Assembly: GCA_028534125.1 (NCBI GenBank)
Contig: CM052818.1
Coordinates: forward strand, 48,300,001 to 48,364,000
Direction: 5' to 3'
Length of the DNA: 64,000 nt
Source: Lama glama
Taxonomy: Eukaryota
Shown here: one piece after another, positions 11,831-23,760 of the stretch
Numbering within the stretch: position 1 is the stretch's first letter
Layout of the letters: every line of letters begins with the position of its first letter
Notes under the pieces: generated by a model
Told to the model about the DNA's origin: nothing
What the model saw: the letters and a program-made list of their open reading frames with translations, nothing else
The model's database searches: none
Translations under genes and position numbers: made by a program

Positions 11831-13779
11831 TTTGGGCGTCTAAGGGACCCTTTTCAATTAAAAAGCAAAAGGCACATGGGATTTAAAGAAACAGTAAACT
11901 GCACCCTATCTAACAAATGGGTGTTAGCTGTCATGGTCCATTGGCTGAATGGAGGCTCAGCGGTTTCCTTCTGAAAGTTGACGTCGATGCGGACAGCTCT
12001 GGACGCTGGCACCAGGATGCATGTGAATGGAGGCTTGTCGCACCCACGCCCTTCACTTTATAAGGTCTTGTCTGAGACAATTTCTTAAATCCTCAGTACC
12101 CTGAAGGGTTAACCAGGGTCTTCCTTCTAGTGGACTGGCTCACTCATGGCGAGTCACTCACAAGCGGGCCACAAAGACAGGCTGAGTCTCGGGTCACCCG
12201 TGCAGGGCTGTGTTAAGTAAGGAAGAATTAGAATTGAGCATAAATTAACCAGGTTATGACCTAGTAAAAGCTTTCCCACCGTTACGGCTCTTTGAAATTG
12301 CATTTTGCCTTGCCATGTATTTTTGAAAATCAATAAAAATTAACACTAACGCTTCTGGAATGAATAAGGGGCAGAAGGCTGCACTGCGATTGCTAGACAC
12401 GGTGCCGACTGTGCGGCTCCTGCAGTGAGCGGGGCGACCGCAGGCCTTGTAAAGGCTGCAGAGGGTGACCGCGAGCCCTGGGCTCAGCCCCCGCCAAGAA
12501 CCGGCGTCGTTTTAGGCCTTCCTCCAACAGCATTGCACGCAACAGCGAGGTCTCTGAAAACCATTCTTGGTTTGGGCCGGGTTGATGTTAAAAGAAGAGG
12601 AGATCTCTATTTAGCAGGGACTTAGTTTTACGTGCTTTGAGAAATGTTGTAGAAATGAGACTTAAAGGAAGCAGTTTTGATGGCTGTCTGGAGTGCCATT
12701 TATTGAGGGACCAGGAGGCCAAATCCCCTCCCCGTGCTGGAACGGGCAGCCGCGTTCTCCTCCCCGCTCTGCGGTGCGTCGGAGGGCCCGGCGGTCCTGA
12801 GGGTGGGGAGGACGCTGCGGGGCAGAGGGCACCCTCCTTGCAGGACATGCCACTTTTGACTCTCGAAGGAAAATTGAAAAGGGAGAGGCGTTCTGCTGCT
12901 CTAGTGACCCAGCAGAATCGGGCAGCACACAGAGTGGGTGTGATTTTCTGTCTCACATCCTCCCGTCTTTTTCGCCAGACCGCCAGGGTCCAAGTGCAAG
13001 GCTCCTGCTCCAGTCCGCACGTGGAGCCAGGTGTGTCCTTGTAGATCCCACAGGATTTTATTTACACCTGTTTGTTAAGACTTTTCACAGACTTGCCACA
13101 GCCTCCTGTCAAACCACCATGACACTCACAATACGCACGTCTGTTCCATCCACGGCCGCCACCTTTCCCGTCCCTGGAATGACCGAGCCCAGAGGGGGCC
13201 CAGACATTGAAGACATCACGTCTGGATGTCTTTTTCATCTGATCGTTTTGCATGTTGAATACGTGTGGGAAATTATACGCACACGAGCCGAGCGTTGGCC
13301 TGGCCAGTTGGATCTGACTGAATATGCAGACACCTACAAGAAAAGGTCACAATTTATGGAGAACTGGCTGAGAACAGCTCTCATCTGAGGTGCAGTCTCT
13401 GTACAAGACTCCACTCTTTGGCTCCTGGGTAAGTTCTCATCTCTCTAGTGAGACTGCCAAGGGCTGCTTTGCACACTTGCCTCCCAAATGCAGAAAAGAG
13501 CTTCCAATGCCAGTTATGCTTTGTCACTGCTAAGAATAAATCTCAGCCTTGTGGGTGAAGTTGACACTGACCTGTGAATAGAAGTCACGGGCATCTTCAT
13601 TAGTAATTTTAATTTTGCATGAATATATCAGACATAAAACAGTAATTGTACATCAATATACACACATACACACACACACGTACTATTGTATGTGTGCACA
13701 TTTATAAATGGCTTTAAAATAATAAAATAATAAATAAGTAAATAACAAATAAATAATAAATAATAATTTAAAAAACAAT

Positions 13780-14280
13780 TATCTGTGTCCAAACCTTAAA
13801 TGTATTGTATTTAAAATATGACATTTATCTTTGAAGCCCCCAGTACGCCCCTTCCCAGTCGTGTGTTTATTCCCATTTGAAGTGATCCATAGTCTGTGTT
13901 ATATAATTCCTTCAGTATTTCCAAATTATATGTGTATGTACGGATCCCTATTCTGAATGCATGTAATTGAAACAATCCCTCCTTCAAATTTTTAGAGAAA
14001 AAAAACCTGACTGCATGTGATCTTCAAAGACATGCATTTTTCTCTCAATGCTAATATTTTGAAAGTCATCCGTGTTTATATGTATAGCTGTAACTGATTC
14101 ATTTTGAAGTTATTTTATAGCGAAGTTACACAAATATACAATAATCCAATTAATATTTGATGACCTTGAATAACTCCTCCTTGCAGACAGGATATTACCT
14201 ATGTGCCTGCCCGGAGCACGGGGACAAGCCTTTCTCTTGGTCCATATTTAGGAGTGGGCTTGTTTCCATGTGTTTGGCAA
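13780..14280 (-). mobile_element. L1ME-like 3' fragment (antisense)
   Basis: 'gaagccccc...ccccttcccagtc...ttttctctcaat...attttgaaagtcatccgtg...tatagctgta...ttcatttt' is a typical antisense L1ME 3' end. Confidence 0.6.
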
Positions 14281-15339
14281 CTTGATTTCTTTAGTAGAAA
14301 CATGAGCCTAATAACTTTACTAGAAGATTTTATAAAGATAAATACAACATTTATCTCATTGCCTAGAATACATTAAGGGGCTGACAGATAGTCATTTTCT
14401 TTCTCCTTTGACAGAATCTGCGAAAGTTCATATCTTAGAAGACATTAAGCATAAAGCTACCATACACGATGCTTACAAAGGAGGTAACTGGAATCAGAAA
14501 GCACAGAGAAAAATCAGGGGTGCGAATAAGTAATGGGCTGGTTGTCTGGACGATGAGACGACGTTCTCATGGAGGCCCGGCCTTGGAAACCAGGCTGGGC
14601 TGTGTCTAAACTGTGAAGATTTCATTGGCCTACAGAGACCAGTGAGGGGTTTCTCTGTGGTCCTCGCTCTGGTGTTTATTCACTCCCTAGGGCAGAAGAT
14701 CCTCCAAATTCAATGAAACTTCATCTTCTTAGATAGGAAACAGATCTGAAAAAAAAATAGCCAAAGAGAATGCATCAAACAAAGAAGTTTTAAAAAGAAA
14801 GAACAAAAGAAGCAAGCCAAAGAGAGCAGAGGGCCTGAGACGTGGAAACTCACAGAAGACCAGCTCTGCGGGACAGTCGCCTCGGCTCCTCAGCCCCAGG
14901 GCTGAGGCTCAGGTGTGTCTTTGGCTCCAGCTACGAACCACAGTGAGGGTCTCCTGCTGAGGGTCTTCAGCCACGAATGGGGCCATGAGTTTGCTTGGAG
15001 GTTAGGTGGCCTGGCCCAGGAATCTGTCATGTCATGACCGTTTGTCACTAAACCACAGGGGCTTTAAACCAGGTGGGAGCGGTAGGTACACAGTTTATCA
15101 AAAGAGAGGCTATTGCTTTAAATAAATTAAATGATAACATTGATAGATAGATAGAAAGATTAGAATACACCCCAACATCTATATGTGACCTAGTGTCTCA
15201 ACAGAAGGGAGAAGGTTACTGAGGGCAACAGAACAGACCTTGGATTACTAGCAGTTTCCAGCTGGAGATGTGTTAGCTGGGATGGTCACGGCTGAAAGCC
15301 AGAAGTCCCACACACTGATCACTTACTCTGTGCTGGAAA

Positions 15340-15515
15340 CTATGTGCATTGTTTCAAGCAAGCTGCATGAAACCCTATAAGAAAATCAACTCTTCCCGTT
15401 GTACAGGTGAGTGAACTGAGGTGAGGAAACTCATAAGAGAACTCCAGCAAGCTCACAGTTTGGAAAGTGAGAGAACCACAGTTTCCACACAACGTGGACT
15501 TCATTCCAGACCACA
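15340..15515 (-). mobile_element. MIR SINE (antisense)
   Basis: 'cccgttgtacaggtgagtgaactgaggtgagg...caagctcacagtttggaaagtgagagaacc' corresponds to the antisense MIR core 'cccattttacagatgaggaaactgagg...caaggtcacacagctagtaagtggcagagcc'. Confidence 0.7.
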
Positions 15516-16219
15516 CTGACTCAGCGGCTAGTCTGAGAAGGCCAGGGCACCCGATGGACAAAGGAGAGGAGGCTCTCAGGCCAAGCAGGGGTACAGAGCG
15601 GGCTCAGGGTAGAGACAGGGAGTAGGACAGGCTTTGGAACGAGACTAAAGAAGGGCAAACGATAGCGGGAAATCGAGAACCCGAGGCCTGCTAGGAGCAG
15701 GAGCTGACTTCATCCTAAAATTCAGGGGTGAGGGCAAAGGGGGCCTCTGAACCTGACATAAAACCTCGCCCTGCCAAGGGCTCTGCCACTCTAGCCAAAA
15801 CCACAGGGAACCCCAGGAACTTTCTGTTTGCCTCCTGTGTCCCCAGCTGATCTGAATGTCAGCCTGCGAGGCTCAGCTCTCGTTAGTATAAAGATGCAGA
15901 AATTAAATACATACCAAAGTGCATTTCTGCTCCTGCCACATCCTTCTTCTCCCATTACCTTAGGTGGAACCATAATGTTTGAAACAGGACAAACCCAAGT
16001 AATTCTCTTCATTTGTCCTTTAGAGAAGCCTTATGCAAGCAGCAGAGCTCAGCTTCTCTGCACGTCAGCTGCTCCAAAGGCTTGAGGGCAGCCACTGAAG
16101 TCGAAAAATGTCACAAAAACACTCCCCTGATGCAAGAATTCCAAGTTGCAATGAAAGAATCTTTGAATCATGTACTTATATCTTGCGTTTTGTTAATTTA
16201 TTATTTACATTAAACATGC

Positions 16220-16620
16220 TTTGATTGAGCACTTGTTATTTTTTAAAAATGTGTGTTAATGCAGTTTCTAGGTTTCCAAATAGAACAAAACAGGACAAAA
16301 TAACATCAGAAATTATAATATTCTCTCATGAAGTAGAGAGAGAAAAGACTCAAAGTTACACAGTCATATTGAAGGAGAGCAAATGTAAGAGTATATTTTA
16401 TGATATGACAAAGGCACACAGTGAAAATGACGTCGTGAGGTACAGATAAACTGTCACATGGGTTTAGAGACAGAGATTGTGTCCCCTGGGAGAAGGACAG
16501 AAAGAGCCTCTGGGGAGTTGGGAACAACATTGTGTTGCCAATAAGGACTTTGGATTCATTTGTGAGATAAGAATTATTTTGGAAGATTTTGATCGGAATA
16601 GTGTCCGTGAGTTACTAGGC
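16220..16620 (-). mobile_element. L2 LINE fragment (antisense)
   Basis: 'tgattgagcactt...aaaacaggacaaaa...aaggactttggattcattt...ttggaagattttgatcgg' matches antisense L2 motifs. Confidence 0.5.
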
Positions 16621-16749
16621 AGTGGAGCCCAAAGTAGAGGAAAATGAATTGTTTGCCTGCCCCTCTGAGATGTAGATCCTATGAGCAGTTTCTCTTCTTA
16701 GCGAATATTATCACCTAAGATGTAAATATTCTGTGCATCTACAATTAAA

Positions 16750-16850
16750 AGGTAAACTTTATGAGAACAAAGACTTTGCTTTCCATTATCCCATCCCTAG
16801 AACAATGCTTAGCCCACAGCAGGCAACTGTGATAAATATTTACTATTTGC
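16750..16850 (+). mobile_element. L2 3' terminal fragment
   Basis: 'gtaaactttatgagaacaaagactttgc...atcccatccctagaacaatgcttagcccacagcaggca...ataaatattt'. Confidence 0.65.
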
Positions 16851-16914
16851 CAACAGTCAATTAGACAGAAACTTTACACACTCTTTTTAACACCTGTATA
16901 AACTTTCTGGGTTC

Positions 16915-16990
16915 TGATTCTTGTCTCCATTTTATAGATGAAGAAACTGAGGGTCAGTGAGTTTGCATAAATGTGCCAAAGAATCTGGCC
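16915..16990 (-). mobile_element. MIR core fragment (antisense)
   Basis: 'ctccattttatagatgaagaaactgagggtcagtgagtttgcataaatgtgccaaag'. Confidence 0.75.
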
Positions 16991-17281
16991 ACATCTGAGT
17001 AGGTGACGATGTGCACTTGGAGATGGAGATTTGGCAGAAGGTAGCTTGGCTCTCTGGCAGTGAGAAGGGGGATGGGTTCCAACTGAACTCAGAGGTTTTG
17101 TAGATGAGAAGGGCCCCGCACCCTTGGGGTGTCAGCAACCAGAGAGGCAATGGATACACACAAGTCCAAGGCAGCGGCTCTTAAACCTGTTTCCGTGAGG
17201 TTTGCCAGGGCGCCCATGCTGGGGAGGGGCTTTTCTAAAATCCTCATGCCTTCCATTAAAATATAATAGCAATAGTAAAGA

Positions 17282-17400
17282 GGGGAGGGTGTAGCTCAGT
17301 GATAGGGTGCGTGCTCAGCACGCACGAGGCCCTGGGTTCAATCCCCAGTACTTCCATTTAAATAAAAAAAAAATTTAAAAATTTTTAAAATAATAAAATA
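17282..17400 (+). mobile_element. Camelid tRNA-Ala-derived SINE (vic-1 type)
   Basis: 'ggggagggtgtagctcagtgatagggtgcgtgctcagcacgcacgaggccctgggttcaatccccagtacttcca' with Pol III A box, B box (GGTTCAATCC), AGC anticodon-like loop and an A-rich tail. Confidence 0.9.
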
Positions 17401-19363
17401 CTTTATGCCAGAGACCCTCCCCAGACACCCGAGGTATGCAGAGACGCTAAGAGATCCTGGCAAAGATCTGCACGCCTTAGTGTGGCTTGAAAGCAGCAGA
17501 GTGAATTCGGAGCCTCCAGCCTTCCCCAGAGTAAAGGGAGCCTTGGACTTGCCATGACGAGCAGACAGGAGTCGGGGACCTCTCAGGGCAGTTTCCAGGG
17601 GGCTGTGAGGAGCCCTGGAGGATGGACATCGCAGCAGGTGCCCACACGGAGGGAAGACGTGGGGCTGGATGTCTCCCCCACCCCAGGCCCCCGGCGGCGC
17701 CTGCACACGCGACGGGAGCTCCACGCCGTGCAGCGCTGCGCTCCGTGTCTGCCTCCACCTCGGAATGGGGCTCAGCGTAGAACCTACCTTGAGCTAAAGA
17801 ACAGTAAACAAACTGTACATCCTGGACGTGCGGGTTGAAGTCATCCTCTCTGTGTGTTCACTTTCATGCCATGAGCATCACGTATCCCCTCCGTGTCCTC
17901 GGTGCAAAGCTAGAATCTTTTGAGGGAACGGCTGTGGGCCTGCAGGAGAAGGTGCGGACGTGGGGAACTGCCCGAAGTCACCTCGGATTCTGGAAACTAG
18001 TTTTACGTGATGAGATGGAGTTTGAAAGAGTTCTTTATGGCATTTTAAGTTGTCCGCTTAGATAAGGCTTGGTGGCAGAAAAGGCAGCGAGTTGAAGTCA
18101 GCCTCATTCCAGTTTAACTGCATTGAGGTCACAGGTGGAGAGAGCAGAGCCTCCCAGCCTTTCAGGTCAACCACACCATCCTGTTCTCCCACTTTTTTTT
18201 TTTTTAATCAAAAATGTGGTGTCCCAGGCTCTGTGCTTTCACTGTGAGGAATGACCATTCTCAAAACCAGATACTTGTCGCACTGATCCTCGCTTAATGG
18301 ACTTGGAAAAGAACTGACGCACTTTTGTATCTAAACGTGGTAAAGATACTTCTGATTGCAGCCACCTCTGCCATAACCAGCTTCGGAAGTCATTCTACAC
18401 AAGGAGAAGTGACTCAGGCTGTAGTGAAACATGGGCCACGTAGACACCAGAATTCGGGTCGGGTTTGCCCATCTTCCAGCTCAGTGCTTGTTTGCTTATT
18501 TTTTTTAATCTCATCTTTTCCTGCCTTGGTTTCCTGACTTCTATCTCCTTTTCTCAAGTTAATTTTTAAGGGTGGAAGTGTCTGCGAGCAATACGAGAGG
18601 CAAGCTGGTTTTGAAGCCCATGAACGTGAAACCACTCCTAATGTGAGTGCTTTTCAACAAAAGCGAGCGGTGCGCTTCCCTTTCTGGTGGGATCCTGTCT
18701 GCACCCCAGACGCCACAGTGGGACTGGCCCCTCCATCACCTGAGGGCTGGCTGTATCTGCCGAGCCAAGAAAAGTGGCTTCTGCCCTCAGAGTTGATTCA
18801 GAGCAGGAGAACCATTGTAAGGAAATGAAGGGGGGCGACCCCCCTGAAATTTGGGAACTGACACAATCTGAAATTCCGATCCAACACGCAAGCTGCCAGT
18901 CAGACCTGGGCCACACTTGGCCCCTGTCAGGCCTGACCTTGCAGGGTCTCCTGGCAGACTTGCTCCCCTCCCTCTGAGGGAGTCCTCTTGACCCTCTGCA
19001 GACACATCCTCAGCAAAAATGCTCCTGAATATTCATCTCTGTAACATGTGCAAACACACAGCAGACACAGTGCAGGAGGGGCTTTTTCTGGGCGGCCAGA
19101 GTGCAAATACTGCCAGGTGGGGGAGGGGCTGCACTTTGAGAACCCGGTAAAGATGAAGACTGAGGTTTGCAGGGACCGCTGCCCATAAGGGGCGTGGCCT
19201 TCCAGATGCTTCTGCTGACGAAGGCCTGTGGTCAGGGCTTGAGCTCCCTGGTTCGGTGGTTAGTGTAACGTGGTTCACTCCGCACAAGAGGAATGGATCC
19301 CAGGGAGAATTCACACGTCTCCGTGGTGAGTGAAACAGGAGCACCACTGTGGGTAAAGCACGG

Positions 19364-19386
19364 CCGTGACCGTGACCGTGACCGTG
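19364..19386. repeat. (CCGTGA)~4 short tandem repeat
   Basis: 'ccgtgaccgtgaccgtgaccgtg'. Confidence 0.85.
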
Positions 19387-19649
19387 CCGCAGAGCAGTCG
19401 GAGGAGAGTCATGAAATCATGTCCACAGTTACTGCTGGCTGGTGGGGAAATGCGAGTCTCCCTCTATTCCACTATTTTGGGGGATTTCCAAATTTTATAT
19501 CCTAAACATGGCGTCCTTAAAATATATATAGTGCTTAGCTGTTCTTTTTCTGTTTCTGAAAACGGTATGAATTTGAAAATGTTGTCAAGAACAGCTTGAG
19601 TCAAAAACTTCAAACCTTAAGATTTTAAGTCTCAGAAATTGCTATTACT

Positions 19650-20660
19650 AATCATTACTTATTTCTTTCCAGTCTTTTAATTTATGCAAATATGCACATT
19701 TACACATGTAGGGACAGATGTGTATATATTTTGTATCACAAAGATAGAATTGTTCTGTATATATCTTGCAAATCTTATGGTTCTTACATGGCTGATACAT
19801 TATCATTAAAATATGCCAAAGACATTCTTCACACAATTTGTCCAGGACAGTGTCTTATTTTTAATTATTGTGTGATAGAACAACAGGAGTGCACGATCGT
19901 AAGTGATTTCAGTCAATTATTTCTATCAGACAATTTATTTCTCTATCACCCTTTCAAATGCAACACTATGATGAATTCCCATTTACAGATGTTTTATACT
20001 TGTCAGATTGACTTTTTAAGATACATTCTCGGAAGGAAAATTAATGAATGAGAAAAAAAACGTGCATTTTTGAGGCTTCTTAATGTATTGCCAAATTGTT
20101 CTAAAGAATGTTTGTACCATTAAGTTTTTTTAGTTTTAGAGTTTCTGTTACTCCACTTATGCCAACCTCAAGTATTATTATAGTTTTTTGTCTTTGACAG
20201 ACCACCCTGCTGCTGAGTTTTAAGATTTTATACATACCTATATGTATTTATATTATATATATATATGTATTTTAGATAGAGTCCTTGCCATGTATGAAGT
20301 TTGCAAGCATTTTCTCCCAGTGAGTAGCTTGTCATTCCATCCACTTCTCATAGTCTTTCACACAACAAAGTTTTTGATTTAATTGAGGATCAGTTTATCA
20401 TTTTTTTTTATTTTTATGGATTACACCTTCAGTGTTAAGTGTAAGAACTCTGCATAATTCTAAATTTGGCAAATTCTGAAGTTTCTCTTCTACGTTTTCA
20501 TGTAATGTACCTTTTCACGTGATGTAAATGTTACCGTTTTACGTGAAGCTGTGGCCCATCTTCATGCAAGCTGAGCTGAGTAAACCCATTACAGATGGAG
20601 ATGCAGGTCCAGTTTCAGGGTTTGTTGCCTGTGGGTGCCCAACTACTCAGTGTTTGATTT
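19650..20660 (-). mobile_element. Decayed L1M fragments (3'UTR and ORF2 end, antisense)
   Basis: 'ttgccaaattgttct', 'tttgcaagcattttctcccagtgagtagcttgtc', 'aaagtttttgatttaattgaggatcagtttatca', 'gtgtaagaactct' are standard antisense L1 ORF2 motifs. Confidence 0.7.
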
Positions 20661-21339
20661 TTAAACATGTGCTTTTGCCAACAGTCACGTTGTGGTTAAT
20701 CTTATTCAGCCAATAGCTTTGTAGCGACTTGATTTTGATTCTGCAGGAAAACTCTCCTCATTTTCTCCCAGTTACTTGACTCACTAAACTCTTGGTCTCC
20801 TTTATGATGTAGCTCATTTGCTTCACTCTTTATATTGTGAAGAGTTCTCAGTCATTTTAAAAACCTTTGTTGGTATTTATATGTATTATTTTGCATCACA
20901 GTCAGTAAATAGGACCTGTATACGCTTTCTAATTTCTGGAATTTGTAGAATTTGGCTAATGTAAGACAATTAGAAAAATGTCCCATAAATATTTGAAACA
21001 AAAATACCATGTTCTGCTTTATGCTGCAGATGGTGGTATATCTGCATCAGACCAAACTCATTAACAAAATCGTTCATGCCCTCGCGTGTCAGCCGGGCAC
21101 CAGCCAGCCTGTCTGTATTGGGAACGGTGATCTCTGGTTTCTCTCACGCCAGCTAAGTGGAAGTTAGCTAAGAGGATACACACTATGGAAAAAAGAAATT
21201 CCCAGGAAAAACAGAATTAAATTGAATACACCTCTCTCACCATTTCCCTCCACAACCCCACTGCTCTTTGGATTCTGGATGTTTTCTTTCAGTTTCCTCG
21301 TAAGCAAAGCAATATTTTGGTTGTTATTTTTACTAGTAA

Positions 21340-21990
21340 AATATGTATATTTTACACACACAGCCTCCCCCGTTATCAACATCCCATACCAGACGGTCCA
21401 TTTGCTGCCACTGATGACCCTACATCAGCATGTCAGAATCACTCCAAGTCCATGCTTTACGTTAGGCTCGTTCTTGCTGTCGCGCATTCTAAGGGTCTGG
21501 ACAAATGTATAGTGACGTGTATCCACCAATATGATATCAAGCAGAGTATTTTCATTGCCCTTATGTTCCCGCTTGTATCCATCCCTCTGACCCCTGGGCA
21601 ATGACTGATCTTTGTATTGTCTCGATAGTTTTGCCTTTTTCCAAAATATTATAAACTTGGAATCATGCAGTTTGTGGTCCGACTGGCTCCATTCCCTCAG
21701 TGATACGCAGCGTTCCTGCCATGTCTTCTGTGGCCTGATAGCTGCACATCCTGGAGGGTCCTCGGTGGTGTCAGCTCTAGATGTCGGTCATGCTAGTACG
21801 TGTGACATGGTATCTCACTGTTGTTTAATTTACATTTTTCTGATGACACGTGATGTGGGTATTTTTCCATACATTTACTTACTTTGCATATATCTTCTTT
21901 GGTGACGTGTCTATTAAAGGTTTTGGCCCATTTTTTAATCAAGTTGTTTTTTTTTTCGTATTGTTGAGTTTAAATAGTTCTTCTTTCACT
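21340..21990 (-). mobile_element. L1MC-like 3' end (antisense)
   Basis: 'tatcaacatcccataccagacggtccatttg...gatgaccctacatc...ccaagtccatgctttacgttagg...ggtctggacaaatgtatagtgacgtgtatccacca' and 'atatcttctttggtgacgtgtctattaaaggttttggcccatttttaatc'. Confidence 0.85.
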
Positions 21991-23714
21991 TTTGACATAT
22001 CAGTTAAGTATACCGCTTTCTCCTCCAAAACCACCATCCACCATTCCCAGCATGAACACACTGGCCCACACCCACAGCCCACTGAGCACTGGGGGCCAGC
22101 AGGTCGTTTTTATCGGACTCACATACGTGCAGCCTCTCTCTGAAGTGTATGCTCATCACAAGCCGTACTGGTTCGCTGTACTTGCCTTCAGTACTATCGC
22201 AATCACACAGGTGAATTCAATATTATGTACAGTAATGTTTTGCATGTATGCGAAGTGAGCTTTTGTGACTACGAATTTAGCATTAGACGTACTAAGCACA
22301 ATTGTCAAAAAAAATTCTGTTGAATTAAGTTGCGGCATATTAACTGCCAATGCTTGGGGAAAACCAGAAAATTCTAGAAAGATACAGATTGTTTCAAAAC
22401 GATATCCTAGATCTATTCTTGTTAAATAAAAACCAACAGAAAACTGTGTAAGTTACATTCTATTAGTCTATTATCAAGAAAATAATTACTCTTCCTATTT
22501 TTTCCCCTTTCCTTAGTTTTAATCATTATTATTAATAGGATAAAAAATATTCCTTTATCTGATGTAACTTCTATTTCAAAATTCTGCTTCCATCCATCTT
22601 TTAATCACAGTAGTAACGAGAGTGTGTTAGCTCCCCGATGCATGTGTGGTTTTCGTTTCATCTCATCTCTTGAACGCTCAGCATGGCTTTAAGAGTGGAT
22701 ATAGGTTTGGTTTTCCATCTCCCTGATGGATCAATGGAGAATTATGCATCCTCTTTCTCATTCCACAGAGAGAAATGGATGCATTAGAAGAAAGAATGGC
22801 AGTCATAGCCAAGTGCTCCTCCTCTGCCTCTCGGGTCTGTGATTCGCCAGGGAGTCTGCCGGCGCGATGTAGAAGTGGGATGTGCGCCCTCTGTAAATGT
22901 TAGCTTCCTTTCTCCCTCTTGCTGTGTGTGCAAGCAGGGTGTCTGTATTTTATGCAGGGGACCAGGAAATACCAGCCCAGGCCCCTGAGGTGCTAGTGTG
23001 CACTCTGCCCACTTGCTAAAGCAAATGCTCCCTGCTGGAAATAGTCTAAGAGGACAGAGAAAAAGAAAACACATTTGCATAATAATGTCAGGATTTTCCC
23101 GTAACGTGACCTATAAGGTTAGAAGCCTTTCTATTCAAAATTGGATCAAAGTTATTTGAAATGGAGAGCTATAGGCCGGAGGGAAATAGAAGGGGAAAAA
23201 GAGAGATGTGAGATCTTGGATGACACAGGGCAACAGAGAGAGAGAAAAAGAAGTCCAAAAAAAGAGGAAGAGAAGAAAACAAAGCCTTGAGATGCTTAAT
23301 TTGTTTTTCCTACTGAGTTCAGATCACGGTGGCGGGCTGATGTGTGCGATGGTGCTTATGCGGCTTGTTCACGTTGTGCTGGTGTCTTTAGGGTGTGAAA
23401 TTAATAACAGCCTTTGAGAGTATCTGCTGCAGACCCTGCTCTGTGTGGGTAACCGCGGGGAACGCTGTAGGGATGTGGACGCAAAGGCAGCCTTCCTCCA
23501 GAATCACTGGAGGATGATCTGGAACACCCTTCTCACAGCAACAGGGTTACCGTGAAAGTTAGGACTCGGTGCCAAGCTCAACATCCACATCCACCTTCTC
23601 AAGAAACAACAAGTATTTGATGAACTACAACGATACGCCTGTGCCTGTTTTATGCAAAACCCCATTTGTTGATACAAAAAGTGTGGAAACGACAGTACTT
23701 GCCCTCAGGGAGAC

Positions 23715-23760
23715 TTAGTGAATGCTTATTGAATGAATGAATAAATGAATGAATGAATGG
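23715..23760 (+). repeat. (GAAT)n tail, probably an L2 3' terminus
   Basis: 'gaatgcttattgaatgaatgaataaatgaatgaatgaatgg'. Confidence 0.75.

Noticed and set aside
17282..17356. Genuine tRNA-Ala(AGC) gene (also 57214-57287)
   Set aside because: Acceptor and anticodon stems are imperfect, both copies carry A/purine-rich tails, and one is inserted in an L1. These are tRNA-derived SINEs.
20501..20546. Imperfect 22-24 bp tandem duplication containing TCACGTGA (CLEAR/E-box)
   Set aside because: A local slippage duplication inside a decayed L1, with no promoter context.
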